Shown here one piece after another: positions 13,552 to 27,000 of a stretch of 64,000 nucleotides of DNA. A model generated the notes under the pieces. That model did no database searches, had not been told where the DNA came from, and worked only from the letters and a program-made list of their open reading frames with translations. This DNA is from Vicugna vicugna (lineage: Eukaryota), in contig MU057552.1 in NCBI GenBank assembly GCA_013265495.1, positions 223,748 through 287,747 on the forward strand. Reading direction: 5' to 3'. Every line of letters starts with the position of its first letter. Positions within the stretch are counted from its first letter, which is position 1. The position numbers were made by a program, and so were the translations under genes.

Positions 13552-13730
13552 ACTTTTGCTTTCAGCTTCAGTTTTATTACCATCATACTAGCTGGACCAA
13601 GAAGAGATGGACCACCTCACTCTTTTTTAGCTTTGATGAAGGAGAGACAGACAGGTGAGAGGAGCTAGTGAACAAAGTGTGAGAAGCAACTGAGAACATT
13701 TCTTGTACCCCCAGTGTGTGAAGCAGGTAT
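13552..13730 (+). promoter_or_regulatory. Candidate GBP promoter (degenerate multimeric ISRE) and non-coding exon 1
   Basis: ACTTTTGCTTTCAGCTTCAGTTTT at 13552-13575 contains four GAAA-like half sites at 6-nt period on the minus strand. Donor-like sites follow: CAG|GTGAGA (13655) and CAG|GTATAT (13727). Lies in non-repeat DNA upstream of the first coding exon. Confidence 0.35.
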
Positions 13731-13761
13731 ATTCTTGTCTTTTACATGCAGCACAAAATTG

Positions 13762-13945
13762 ATTTTTTTTTTATTGAAATAAAGTTGATTTAAAATGATG
13801 TGTTAGTTTCTGGTGTACAGCAGAGTGATTCATATATATATATATACACATATATATTCTTTTTCTTTATAAGTTATTACAAGATGCTGAATATAGTTTG
13901 GTAGGACTTTGATGCTTATCTATTCTGTATGTAGTAATTTGCAAG
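13762..13945 (-). mobile_element. Short L1 3' end
   Basis: T-tail followed by ttattgaaataaagttgatt...gtgttagtttctggtgtacagcagagtgattc. Confidence 0.6.
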
Positions 13946-14659
13946 ATTGATTTCAGATTCAAAGTGACACCTAAAGAAGGGCAAGTGGCCTGCTCTCTGG
14001 CATGCAGGGGTCTGTGACTGGCTTTAGTTCGAGAGAAGTTCAGCTTCTCTGTATGGACCAGTGGCAGCTGAAAGGTGACAGCCAGGCACACTGTGTTCCC
14101 CTGGATGTGCTGCTCCTTAAAAGAGTCCTCCCGGGAGCCTGCCTGTCTTTCTCTGTCAAGTTCTGTGGGCTGGCATTACAATTCAGAGAATAAGAGAGTC
14201 CCTGGCAAGGAGGTTATAGGGAACTCTTATCTATAGAGATAGTTTCTTTTTAATATTTCTATTAGTCAATTTAAGAAAGCTCACAGTGAGAGCTCTGTAA
14301 ATCTCTGTATAGAGATAAATTTAGTCCCCTCACCCCTGATCTTTATTAGTTAAACATTATGATCACATCAAAACTCTCTTTCTCTTTCTGTCTCTCTGGC
14401 TCCCTCTTCCTCCCTCTCATTCTCTCTCTTCCCCTGTCCCTCAAGCCCCGCCCTCGCATTTGTGGGTTCGTTTTTTCATAAAAACATTGGAATCATTTGT
14501 AGCATGTTTTATATATACACAACCTAGGTTTAGGGTGATTTTTTCCTGTAGATCTCATTTTGAAAACCAACCTGGAACAGGATTGAAGAGCTGCAGTTTG
14601 TTAATTTGATGTTAAAAATTATGTGGCTACTTCACAGCTAAGAAATCATAGGCCTGTTT

Positions 14660-16105
14660 TGTTTTTTTTAATTTTTTATTGAATTATAGTCATTTTACAA
14701 TGTTGTCTCAAATGCCAGTGTAAAGCAGAATTTTTCAATTATACATGAACGTACATACATTCATTGTCACATTTTTTCACTGTGAGCTAACAAAAATCTT
14801 GTGTATATTTCCTCATGTTATACAGTATAAACTTGTTTATCTGTTCTGCAAATGCCTGTCAGTATCTACAAATTTTGAACTCCTAGTCTGTCCCTTCCCC
14901 TGCCCCACTCCCTTGGCAACCACAAGTTTTTATTCTATGTCTATGAGTCTGTCTCTATTTTGTATTTATATTCTTTTAAACCTTTTTTAGATTCCACATA
15001 TGAGAGATCTCATATGATAATTTACTTTCTCTTTCTGGCATACTTCACTTAGAATGACATTCTCCAGGAGCATCCATGTTGCTGCAAATGGCATTATTTT
15101 TTTTTTATGGCTGAATAATATTCCATTGTATAAATATACCACTACTTCTTTATCCAGTCACCTGTTAATGGACATTTAAGCTGTTTCCATGTCTTGGCTA
15201 TTGTAAATAGTGCTTCTATGAACATTGGGGTGCATGTGTCATCCTGAAGTAGGGTTCCTTCTGTATATATGCCCAGGAGTGGGATCAATGTGTCATATAT
15301 TAAGTCTATTCCTAGTCTTTTGAGGAATCTCCATACTGTTTTCCACAGTGGCTACACCAAACTGCATTCCCATCAGCAGTGTAGGAGGGTTCCCTTTTCT
15401 CCACAGCCTCTCCAGCATTTCTCATTTGTGGACTTTTGAATGATGGCAATTCTGGCTGCTGTGAGATGATACCTCATCATAGTTTTGATTTGTATTTCTC
15501 TGATAATTAGTGATATTGAGCATTTTTTCTTGTGCCTGTTGGTCATTTGTATATCTTCCTTAGGGAATTGCTTGTTTAGTTCTTCTGCCCATTTTTGGAT
15601 TGGGTTGTTTGTTTCTTATTATGTCATATGAGCTGCTTATATATTCTGGAGATCAAGCCTTTGTCGATTTCATATTTGCAAAAATGTTCTCCCATTCCTT
15701 TGGTTGTCTTTTAGTTTTACTTATGGTGTCCTTTTCTGTGCAGATGCTTGTAAGTTTCATTAGGTCCCATTTGTTTATTCTTGTTTTTATTTCTATTGCT
15801 TGAGTAGACTATTCTAGGAGAACATTTTTGAGATGTATTTCAGATAATATTTTATCTATGTTTTCTTCTAGGATGTTTATTGTATCTTGTCTTATGTTTA
15901 AGTCTTTGATCCATTTTGAGTTTATTTTTGTGTATGGTGTAAGGGAGTGTTCTAGCTTCATTGATTTACATGCTGCTGTCCAGTTTTCCCAACATCATTT
16001 GCTGAAGAGACTGTCTTTATTCCATTGTATATACTTGCCTCCTTTGTTGAAGATTAGTTGACCAAATGTTTGTGGGTTCATTTCTGTGTTCTCTATTCTG
16101 TTCCA
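14660..16105 (-). mobile_element. Young 5'-truncated L1 (about 1.45 kb)
   Basis: Colinear and highly similar to 3955-5369. T-tail and a degenerate TSD (cataggcctgtttt / cacagacctggtttt). Confidence 0.92.
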
Positions 16106-19100
16106 CAGACCTGGTTTTTATAAAGTTGTTTCTCTCACATTTTCCTGCAGCTTCCTTTAGTTTTCCCTTTAAAGAGGGGACTGGACAATTCTAATCATTA
16201 TAATGTAGCTGTTAGAGGATCCTGTTTAACCTTTGTATTCTTTGCTCCCACAATGAAGAATCAGACAAAAGGAGATGGTGCAGGAGCAGTGTTTGAATTT
16301 CCTTGCTGCTTTGCTCTGATAAAAAAATCAGAGACCTTGTTTTTTAGTAACCTAGAGTTTGCAGATTGTGTCCAAATGTGTAACCCAATTTGTTTAGTGC
16401 AATTATTTTGGATAAATCACCATCTAATTCAGTAAACATGCATTGAAATCCCATTTTGTGCTGCATGCTATGCTCATATATAAGCTTATAGTTATCTAAT
16501 TTTATTATCAAAACATCCTCCAGACTGGACTTATCATTTTTTTATATTACCCATGTAATTCTTCTTAAAAACTCAGGTTTAGCTAGATGAGGCTTTATGT
16601 TTAAGGCCTCACTAGTAACTGATATAGCTGTTATTTTTTTAAAATATTTTTTGATAGTATTTGAGGCATCTTGAATACTTGATCTATAAATATGGAAATG
16701 AATAGTTGAGACATTTGAGTATAATATCATGTTTATATAACCTGATTATGAAATATGCATAGATATTATAGGGAACTTTTAATATAATTCCAATCAAAAA
16801 TATGCCAGAAGAACCATGGCATAATTGTGCTTTAATACATAAAATTTAAAATCAAATTTTGCCTTGGAAAACAATTACAAGGAAATCTCATATTCTTTTC
16901 ACCTAGATTTACCCACTGGTGGCATTTTGCTACATTTGCTTTTCTCTCTAAGTATATGTATGTGTCTCTCAATATAATATAAAACAATATTTATATTTTC
17001 AGTCTTATTTTCATTTACCAGATTAAGTTGCAAAAACCTGACCCTTCTCAGCTAAGCACTTTGACCAAAATCTCTCAAGATTCAGGACATCCTCCTCTAA
17101 CAAAAGAAGAGTGGCAAGTGGAAGAAGGAGCAAATATGTGGCAACATTGACCTAAAGTGTTCAGCCTCCTTCTGAAAAAGGGGAGGCAGCATGGTGGGAA
17201 AAGACTACAATATTTTACTATGAGGATGATGTTAGCTGTGTGTTTCCATATATAGCCTTCCTTATGTTGAGGTAATTTATTTTTACTCCTAATTTTATTT
17301 TGTTTAACTTTCACATATTTGTAAATTTTGCAGTTTTACTCCATCTATTAATTTCCAGTTTCATTTCGTTGGGCTCAGAAAAGATACTATGTATGATTTT
17401 AAACTTTTTAAATTTGTTAAGACTTGTTTTGTGGCCTAAAATATGGTCTATCCATGGAAATATTCCATGCCCATCTGGGAAAAGATGTGTTCTCTTGTTG
17501 TTGGATGGGAATGTTCTGTATAAGTCTATTAGGTTCAATTAATCTGTAGTGTTGTTCAAGCCCTCTAATTTGTTCTTGACTGTCTGTCTGTTTTTTCTAC
17601 CTATTATTGCAAGTAGGGTATTAAACTATCCTATTATTGTTGAGTGATCTTTTGCTCAATTCTGTCAATGTTTATTTCAATATTTTGGAACTCTGATGTT
17701 CAGGTATACATATTTAGAATTGTTTTATCTTCTAGATAAACTTGACTCTTTTAACATAATATCATTCTTTGTCTCTCTTAACAGTGCTTGAAATACATTC
17801 TCTTTTATCTCATATAGATATAAACACAAAAGTACTCTTTTTGTTGTTATTTTCATAGAATATCTTCCTGGAGAGTATAATAAGTTGGTAGTTGCTAGGG
17901 CAGACCTATTTCCAATCTGTCTGGTGGCAAACCAGCACCCATTCACTCCTTCTAGTCTAGGCTTCTCCAGCCTTTCTGCTTCAGTCTTTCTCCAGTAGCC
18001 AAGGGGATTTGTCTCCTCTGTGTAGGTCCCCAGGACTGGGATGCCCAGTCTGTGGCTTGACTCACTCACTCCTCAGGGTTAGGTTCTCTTTGCACAGTCT
18101 TTCTTTTCCTCTTAGTCTTTCCCCAGGTGCACACATCCCAACCTGAAATTTTTACTCCTGCACTACCTAATTATGTGGAAATATCTCTCAAAATCTTGTT
18201 TGTATAGAAATTCTTCAGCCAGATTTCAGTCACTTTTCTGTGAGAAATTTTTTCCCTCATCTTGACCTGCCTCCTCTGGAAACAGTATTCTTGATTGGCA
18301 GGTCCCCCACCCCACCACATCACTTTCAGTTTTTAGCAATATAAATATATTATTCCACTGCCTTCTGGCCTCCAAATATTTTGTTGAGAAATTGACTGGC
18401 AATCTTATTGGATGTGATGAGTTACATCTTTCTTGTTGCTTTCAAGATTCTCTCTTTGTCTTTTGACAATTTGATTATAATAAGCCTCAGCATTGGTCTC
18501 TGATGATTTATCCTACTGGAGTTTGTTGAATATCTTGCATTTGTAGATTCATGTATTTCATTACATTGGGAATTTTTTAGCCATTATTTCCTCAAGTAAT
18601 CTCTCTGTCCTGCCTCTCCCTTCTGCTTTAGGGACTTTCATAATGCATATATCTGTCTACTTGACAGTGTCCCATAATTCTCTTAGGCTATATTCACTTT
18701 TAAAAAGTTATTTCTTCCTTCTGCTCCTGAGACTTGATAACTTCAAATGTCCTGTCTTCAAGTTTGCTGAGTCTCTTTGCCTGTGCAATTCTAATCCCCT
18801 TTATGTGCACTCAAATGTTCTTCCCCTGAGCTATATCCCCTAGTCTAGTCCTCTAGAAAATTTGTAATTTCATTTATTGTATTTTCCAGCTTCAGAATTT
18901 CAGTTTTGTTCCTTTTTTATTATTTTTATCTCGTTGATTTTCTCATTTTGTTCACATATTGTTTTCCTGATTTTCTTTTCTGAGTTTTCCTTTAGCTTTT
19001 TTATCATGTTTTTAAAAAGTTGTTTTAAAGTCTTTGCCTAAAACATCTAATGCATATGTTTCTTCAGGGTTGTTTTTTGTTTTTTACCACTTTATTTTCT

Positions 19101-19179
19101 TCCTTTGGAAGGGGCATATTTTCATTTATTTTGTATGCCTTGTGATTTTTGTTGTTGTTGTTGAAAAATTGAATATTTA

Positions 19180-19282
19180 TTTATCTAATTATTTATTTTA
19201 AATGGAGGTACTGGATATTGAACTGAGGATCTTGGACACATTAAGTACCTGCTCTACTACTGAGTTATTACCCTCCGACCCC
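19180..19282 (-). mobile_element. Vic-1-like tRNA-derived SINE
   Basis: Reverse complement of the head seen at 2810. TSD gaaaaattgaatatttat / gaaaattgagcatttat. Confidence 0.7.
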
Positions 19283-19557
19283 CTGAAAATTGAGCATTTA
19301 TGAAAGCAGTCACCTTTCCCATTCTTTGCATACTCGCTTTGTGACAAGGAAGACTTTCCCTAAGCTGGCCCTTGATTTTGAGGCTTAAGAAGAAGCTTAG
19401 GAGAAGCTGTAGTCTTTTTAGGCTTTTTTGAGCATGCATCTTCCCTCGACCTGTGTGTTACTTTTTCAGTTTTCCCATATATGTGCTCCTTTAAGTATAT
19501 TAATTTCCCAAAGTGTGTCTCCTTGGAAATTTGATTGTCTATTGTGTGTCTCCACAC

Positions 19558-20767
19558 TGCAAAAAAAAAAAAAGAAAAAATTCAATTTCTCCTCTCAACT
19601 CTCTATTCTCTATACTTACTCCTGGTCACCATATATGTGAGCATTTTTTCACAAAATAAGCAATCACTAATTGACAAGAGTTAGTTCATAACCTACAGGT
19701 TAAGGGCTTAGTCCCACAAGACTTCCCCTCAGTTCAGATGCCAATTACAAATCCCAGTTGTCACCTGTACTCCTGACTTACTGGCTATACATTGGAGTTT
19801 CCCACCATCTCTTCCTCAGGTTCAATAATTTGTTAGGATGGCTTAAGAACTCAGGAAAGATTGTTTACTAGATTACTGGTTTATATTAAAAAAGGATACA
19901 ACCTATAAACAGCAAAATAGAATAGATGCATAGGGTAAGGTATTGAGAAAAGGGTATGGAGCTTCCATGACCCCTTTGGATGCGCCACCTTCTAACCACC
20001 TCCACATGTTCATCAAGCCAGAAGCACTCTGAGCCCCTTCAGTTAGTTTTTTTTTAATGGAGGACTTCTTAGATATGGTTGAGTAAACTATTGGTCATTG
20101 GTGATTAACTCAAATTTCAGCTCTTCTCTGCTCCCCAGTGGTTGCAGCATCAGGCTAAATGTTCCAACTTTCTAATAACATTGATTCCTCTAGCAACCAA
20201 CTCCATTCTGTAGTGATCTAGGGGCTTTACAAAATCACCTCAATGAGAAAAGGGTATGGAGCTTCCATGACCCCTTTGGATGCGCCACCTTCTAACCACC
20301 TCCACATGTTCATCAAGCCAGAAGCACTCTGAGCCCCTTCAGTTAGTTTTTTTTTAATGGAGGACTTCTTAGATATGGTTGAGTAAACTATTGGTCATTG
20401 GTGATTAACTCAAATTTCAGCTCTTCTCTGCTCCCCAGTGGTTGGAGCATCAGGCTAAATGTTCTAACTTTCTAATAAAATTGATTCCTCTAGGAACCAA
20501 CTCCATTCTGTAGTGATCTAGGGGTTTTACAAAATCACCTCATTAACATAAACTCACATGTGGTTGAAAGGTGCTTTTTATGAATAACAAAAGACTCTCC
20601 TTTCATCTTTATCAGTCTGGAGCTGTTTTAAGAATTGAGGACAAAAGACCAAAAGTTATAAGAAAAATAATTTAATCTCTCTCATCACATAGTGTTTTAA
20701 GAGTTATATACCAGGAATAAGGACAACTATCACATTTTTATTTCTTATTATAAATCTCAATATCACA
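19558..20767 (-). mobile_element. MER21-like solo LTR with an internal 300-bp duplication
   Basis: Ends ...ttcttattataaatctcaatatcaca, the reverse of the MER21 start as I recall it. Contains gatgcatagggtaagg and ttggtgattaactcaa motifs. Confidence 0.7.
19944..20542 (+). repeat. Direct tandem duplication, 2 x 300 bp
   Basis: 19944-20242 versus 20244-20542, 5 substitutions. Confidence 0.95.
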
Positions 20768-21912
20768 CACCCATAATGTCTTGTCATTGGTGTCTGCAGG
20801 TCATTCTCCCTGCAGCTTTCCCAAGCAATGCCCAATGCTTCTCCCTGCCTAAGATCCAGTTAGGGGAAAAGATAGCAGTCTTTCAGGCAGCCTATGAGAT
20901 GTCAGATCATTGTAAATGCAGTCTGCTCTGCTCTGTTGAGTTTGAAGAAAGGAATTGGAAACTCGATTGATATCTTAGATAGTCTATTTTATATATTTAC
21001 TGGTAACCTCTTGCTCTAGGCATCCGTGGAGCTGTCTCTCCACATTATTCTTTAGAAATGCCCTCTGCTTATTTCCACCTGATATCCAAGTTTTACCACC
21101 ACCTACCCCTCTGCCATCCTTCCCTGAGATTCATGTGAGGTGAAACAGAGACCTGAAGAGGCAGCCCTGAAAGGTTAGAACATTATAAAATTCCCTCTCT
21201 CTGAATCGGGGGGGAATTGGAAAATGATTTGCCACTTCCTCAAAGACTTTACCACAATGGGGACCAAGGGCAACAAAAACACCACAGAATGTCCTACCAT
21301 TTTGAATGAGGCTGTTCTTGATTTGGTATTTGGTTGGTTGCTTTGGACCTTCAACTGTTATGGAACTACTGTAAGGTTATTCTAGCCAGTATTTTGGTAG
21401 TCTTTGATGTCTCCTTGGGGAAACAAGAGCTTAGAGCTTGCTAGTCTGTTATTTTGCTCAAGTATGTAGATTTTTAATCCTTGCTCAATGACATTCACTC
21501 AGCCTTTGTGAGAACCATTTACCCCATTTCCAAAGTAGTTATATTTTTTTCTAACTTTCAGCTTCTTGTGAATATCAGTTTAGCTGGATATGAAAGTTAA
21601 TATCAAAAGGCTTTGTATATTGTAGGCCTTCAGTGCATCATAACAATAACTTTAATTATATTACTATTTTGAAGTAACAGTTTGGAGAGTGATATTATAT
21701 TATTTCACTACCAACATCATGAGAGACTTGAGGGAATGATGGGGGAAAACCTCTGCAGTATGCTAATTCTAGGTTACATTTTGTCTCATGGAAAACACAG
21801 AAGTCTTACTTACCCTATCCTAATTTGATGGATGCTTTGTATAAGTCTGAGTTAAAGAATTACTTTATAATCTGATTTCCACTAGGAAGCTCTTCTAGGT
21901 TGTTAGGTTGCC

Positions 21913-22103
21913 ATGGCATCTGGACCCAACTTGATGGACCATGTTTGTCTGCTGGAAAGTGTCAATGAATTGCTGTCAGTGAACCAAAAAGCTCTATAGA
22001 TTCTTGGTGAGATTTCTCAGCCAGTGGTTGTGGTGGCCATTGTAGGACCATATCATACGGGAAAATCCCTACTTGATGAACTGTCTTGCAGGTCAGAATC
22101 ATG
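21913..22103 (+). pseudogene. GBP6: GBP6-like first coding exon (canonical exon 2), disabled
   Basis: gccATGG start. Reads MASGPNLMDHVCLLESVNELLSVNQKAL*ILGEISQPVVVVAIVGPYHTGKS, then +1 shift, YLMNCLAGQNH. Donor G|GTGAGT at 22104. Candidate acceptors at 21885 or 21898. Confidence 0.92.
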
Positions 22104-22901
22104 GTGAGTATTTTACTGGGTCAAGGGCTAATTGCTTGATTCTAGCTAATACCTCAGCTTCTTCATTTTTGTTCCTGATCATGTGCAGGGAGAACCAAAC
22201 TTCTCTTAACAAATCAACTTTCCTCTCCTATTTCTCACTGCTAAATCACTATATTACTGTAATTTGTTACCATATTCTATGTTTTATTCCTGTAAAGCAA
22301 AATTTCTCCTAACAAGTCACACAATCCTACCTTATTTTACATGTTTAATCACTTGACTCTTGCAATTGTGTCTACTCTCTCTTGAAACACATTTTGCTTT
22401 TTTATGGAATATTCTCATCAACATATAAAGATGTTCAAATATCTATAATCTTAAAAATATTTCCTGTATGTCATATCCTACTGTGGTTAACATCTCTCCT
22501 CACTTTTGAAAAATAATTTTGTCTGACAAAAAATATAATCTTGATGTATTTTTTCCACTTTTTTCTCTTCCCACGTCTGTCTTCAGTCCATTTCTCTCTG
22601 GCTTTGAATCACACCATTCTTTCAAGATACTCTTATTATGATTATCAGTGACCTCCATTTTGTCTGATTCATGGATTCCCCTTTGCCTGCATGTTGAGCC
22701 CTTGCTTGGTATCCTTATCACAATTAATATTCCTTCCTCTTTGAAACAGATGACACACAAAGTAGGATATTCTTGAGGAAATGGGGAAAGCACAATCTCG
22801 TATGCTGGGGTACTGACATTCCAAAGAACTGAGTCTGTAGCCCCCTGGTTTCTTAGATTGTCTGCTCTCACTGAATGCTGCTTTCTCACCTCTCCTCACA
22901 G

Positions 22902-23029
22902 GCTTTCCTCTAGGCTCAACAGTGCAGTCTGACACTAAGGGCATCTGGATGTGGTGTGTGCCTCATTCACATAAGCCAAATCATACCCTGGTCCTTCTGG
23001 ACACTGAGGGCCTCGGGGATGTGGGAACG
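22902..23029 (+). pseudogene. GBP6: GBP6-like exon 3 (G2/G3 motifs), splice donor mutated
   Basis: cacag| acceptor. Reads [43 protein letters not shown] (128 nt) and is followed by ATAAGG instead of GTAAGG. Confidence 0.92.
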
Positions 23030-24065
23030 ATAAGGCAGAAATTCATAGTTAAATCCTTTTTATTCTGGAGTTTCTCCTTATCTCTCCATGAGCCTAGAAA
23101 TTTTACTACTTTAATCTGTAAAATATAGAAATCAATGATAGTAAATGAGGCAAACTATGGTTTGTTTGAATGTCACTTCTAGGTAAGTTATCATAGTGTA
23201 TTAGATAAAATCTTTTATTTCTTGGCACTGTGTGGATGACTTGATTACATTTAGTAAATCATTATTGAACAGCTGTGTTCCAGGCCTTTGGACTTAGCAT
23301 TGTAGATATCAGTGACCAAAATAAAGATCCTACCCTAAAAGAGTCTCTAGTTCAATTGACAAGACCACATTATCTGCAGTCAGATTTGACACCATGTATT
23401 TGGGAGAGAAGCAGGCTGGAGAGAGAAAGAAAATTCATTGCATTGCAATCCCCAATTTCTGGGAATTCCATGGGAGTTCTGTGGCTGGAATGGCTTTTTT
23501 GAGTTATCCAGAGTTTGAACAGGGGTGCTGATACATTTTTGAAGAGCTGCTCCAGATGCCTTTCTAATTAAAAGGGCTGACACCTGAAGACTGTTTTCCA
23601 CCAGCACTCCCGACAGCTGGAGGAATAAGTCCTTCAGTCTTGAAAGATCATCCAGATAGCACCTGATTCATTTTGAGAACTTACATTTAAGCATAAGTAA
23701 GAAAGAGGAGAAACATCAATTTGTGAGCGAGGAAAGATTTCTGATTCACTTCCTTAGCTACCAGGTGAAGAGTGTATTTAAGGGTTGGGTTTAAGGGATG
23801 GGATTACATTTTCTATGATGAAGTTCATCAACTACTCACAGTGTTCTGGAAATCTGTGAGGCACCACTGAATGTGCAAGTTCTATAAAAGTAAGTTTTTG
23901 TCCTAAAAGAAACATTTTAAGCTGGGTTTTTTGTGTTTTAGCTTTCTACTAATGGGTGAAATGAATTATCCCTCCTTTCCCCCCTTTGAGACTTATTTGG
24001 AAATAGTACCTACATTTTTATAGCTCTCTCTTTTTTCTCAATGGAAATTAGAAAGTCTGTGTTAA

Positions 24066-27000
24066 TTTTTTTTTTAACATTTTTTACTAAGCAATACTCA
24101 TGTAACAATGTTGTGTCAAATTCTAGTGTAGAGCACAATTTTACAATTATATATGAACATATATATGTTCATTGTCACAATTTTTTTCACTGTGAGTTAC
24201 CACAAGATCTTGTTTATATTTCCCTGTGCTATAAAGTATAATCATGTTAATCTATTCTGCATTTTAAAGTCCCACTCTGCCCCTTCCCACCCATAGCCTC
24301 CTTGGCAACAACAACTATGTATTCTATGTCTGTGAGTCTATTTCTGTTTTGTGTCTATGTTTTGTTTTGTTTTTAGATTCCTCATATGAGTGATCTCAGA
24401 TGATATTTTTCTTCCTTTCTCTGGCTTACTTCACTTAGAATGACATTCTCCAGGAACATCCATGTTGCTGCAAATGGTGTTATGTTGTCGGTTTTTATGG
24501 CTGAATAGTATTCCATCATATAAATATAACACTACTTCTTTACTCAGTCAATTGTTGATGGACATTTAAGCCTTTTCCATGACTTGGCTATTGTAAATAG
24601 TGCTGCTATGAACATTGGTGTGTGGTTGTCATTTTGAAGTAGGGTTCCTTCTGGATTTATGCCCAGGAAAGGGATTCCTGGGTCATATGTTAGGTCTATT
24701 CCTAGTCTTTTGAGGAATCACCATACTGTTTTCCACAATGGCTTTCTGAGCTTCCCTTTCCCACTCTTAATGATTTAGATGTCTTCTTTTACAATTTTGT
24801 GTTTATTCTTTTTGTAATTCATGGCAGTTATTTCCTTTCCAGTTATGAATTTCTCATTTTTGTAGCATCCTGCTTCTTTTCTATTTAGAGTAGACATTTC
24901 AATATTTCTTTAAGCATGGGTATAGAGTTGCTAAACTCTTAGTTTCTGCTTGTCTGTGAAATTATTTATGTCTCCTTCTATCCTAAATGATAGCCTTGCT
25001 GGATAAAGTATCCTAGGCTGCAGCTATTTTTTCACTCAAGGTGTTGAATATATCTTGCCACTCCCTTCTGGCCTGTAGTGTTTGTGTACAGAAATCAGCT
25101 GAGAGCCTTATGAGGGGTTCCCTTATAACTCACTATTTGTTTTCCTCTTGCTGCCTTTAGGATCACTTCTTTATCCTTGACTCTGGCCATCATGATTAGG
25201 ATATGTCTTGGTGTGTGTCTGTTTGGGTTCTTCCTGTTTGGGAGCCTCTGAGCCTCCTGTGCTTGGATATCTGATTCCTTTAGGCTTGGGATGTTTTCAG
25301 TTATGACTTCTTCAAATACCTTTTCAATCCCTTTTGTTCTTTCTTCCCATTCTGGAACCCCTATTATGCATAGATTGGCATGCTTTCTATTATCCCATAG
25401 GTCCCTAATATTGTTTTCATTGTTTTTTATTTGCTGTTCTCTCAGCTGTTCTGATTGGGTGATTTCTGTTGTCCTGTCTTCTAGGTCAATTATTCATTCC
25501 TCTGCATTATCTAGCCTGTTTTGTACAGCCTTTAGGTCAGATCTCATCTCAGCAAATGGGCTTACTAATTCTACTTTGTTCTTCTTTATAGCTTCTATTT
25601 CATTTTTGACATATTTTATATCTCTAAACACTATTTCTTTTAGTTCACTCAGTACCTTGATCACTCCTTTTTTGAAATCTTGATCTAGTAGGCCATCAAT
25701 GTCTATTTCATTGATACTGCTTTCAGGGGACTTCTCTTGTTCTTTTAATTGGGAGTGGTTCCTCTGCTTCATCATATTGCTCATATCTCTCTGGCACTGT
25801 GCCTTAAGGAGTATCAGTTATCTAGTTCTCATGGAGATGCTGTGCTCTTAAAGATTTTATTGAGAGGTCTTTACATGTTTGCCCTGTTTCATGAACTCAG
25901 CTTGCTGTTTCCAGAGGCCCTCTGTTGGCTCCCTCTTCTGTGCTGCTCCCAGTGGCTGTTGGCTAGCAAATGGCGCACCCCTCCCAACACTGGGTCAGGT
26001 GCTGAGCTCTTATCTGGTAGGTGGGCAGGGTCACTCCCCCTCCTGATGCTGCAGTCAGATGCTGCACTCGGGGGAGGCAGGTGGGTGGATCGTGCCCTCT
26101 CCCAGCACCATGGTCAGGTGCTGTGTTTCTGCCAGGAAAGTGGGTTGCCACCCACTCTTTCCCAGCACTGGTCACTCTGCTGCTGTGCCCACACTGCCTC
26201 GGGTTGGTGTTCTGAAGGTGGGCTCAAGGAAGGCCGTGGAACAGCTCCGCCTCTGCTCCATGCCAAATCTCAGCTCCTTGTTTGTCTTGGCAGTTTGAGT
26301 TCTCTGAGGGACCAGGGCAGAAAGATCCTATCTGACTTCTGCTGTAAACAAGTCTCAGTCCTGACTAGGAGGTTGCAGATCCCCAGCGTGAAGATTCAGG
26401 GCTCAGCCCCAACCCAGCCTGGGTGCTGCGAACAGGAGAATAGGCAACTTGGCTGTGCCCCACCTCTTTTCTCATGAGAAGTGCCAGTAATGCATAGGTC
26501 TGAGGAGAAAATGGCTATAGCACCCCTCCCCCCAGGGCACACCAGCCATGTTGTTTTGCTTTTTCCACAATTTATGGGGGACTGAGGTTGTTCTGCTCCA
26601 TATTCCCTCCTAACCACAGTACACAGAACCCTGTAGTCCCCTGGTAAGCCTCAGTGCAGCCACCCCAGTCCTCCGCCCAGCTCGGGCCACCTGCCACATC
26701 CCCAGCTGCCAGTTTTTGTCTCAGGCTGGGTGTTGTGGGGACACTTTGTGCCCATTTACCTCAGTTCTGTCAATCAAGGGGTGCTCGGGGCAGATCTGAG
26801 ACTCAGAGGTTGTTCCCCCTCCATCACACTGGCCCCTCCTTTGAAAAGGTGAGACCCAGCGAACAAGCACCAGTCCTCCTTTGCCACTCCCTCCCAGCGG
26901 GATCGGTCTCACACTGTTTTGCTTTTTCTTCTTGCTTTTTTCCCTTTTTTACTACCAGATTTTTGGCATCCCTATCTTTCAAAGAGGGCGATGTTCTGTC

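Larger units (their letters stand above)
17215..21460 (-). mobile_element. Old fragmented L1 (EN, ORF1, 5' UTR) interrupted by a SINE and an LTR
   Basis: ORF 17311-17538 (MNLIDLYRTF...IDHILGHKTSLNKFKK...MKLEIN) is L1 EN. An ORF1-like T-rich stretch lies at 18280-19150. Confidence 0.7.

Noticed and set aside
25749..26477. 242-aa ORF antisense to the L1 5' UTR (ORF0-like?)
   Set aside because: Non-ATG start, GC-rich stop-poor sequence and no recognisable motif. A chance ORF is the simpler explanation.
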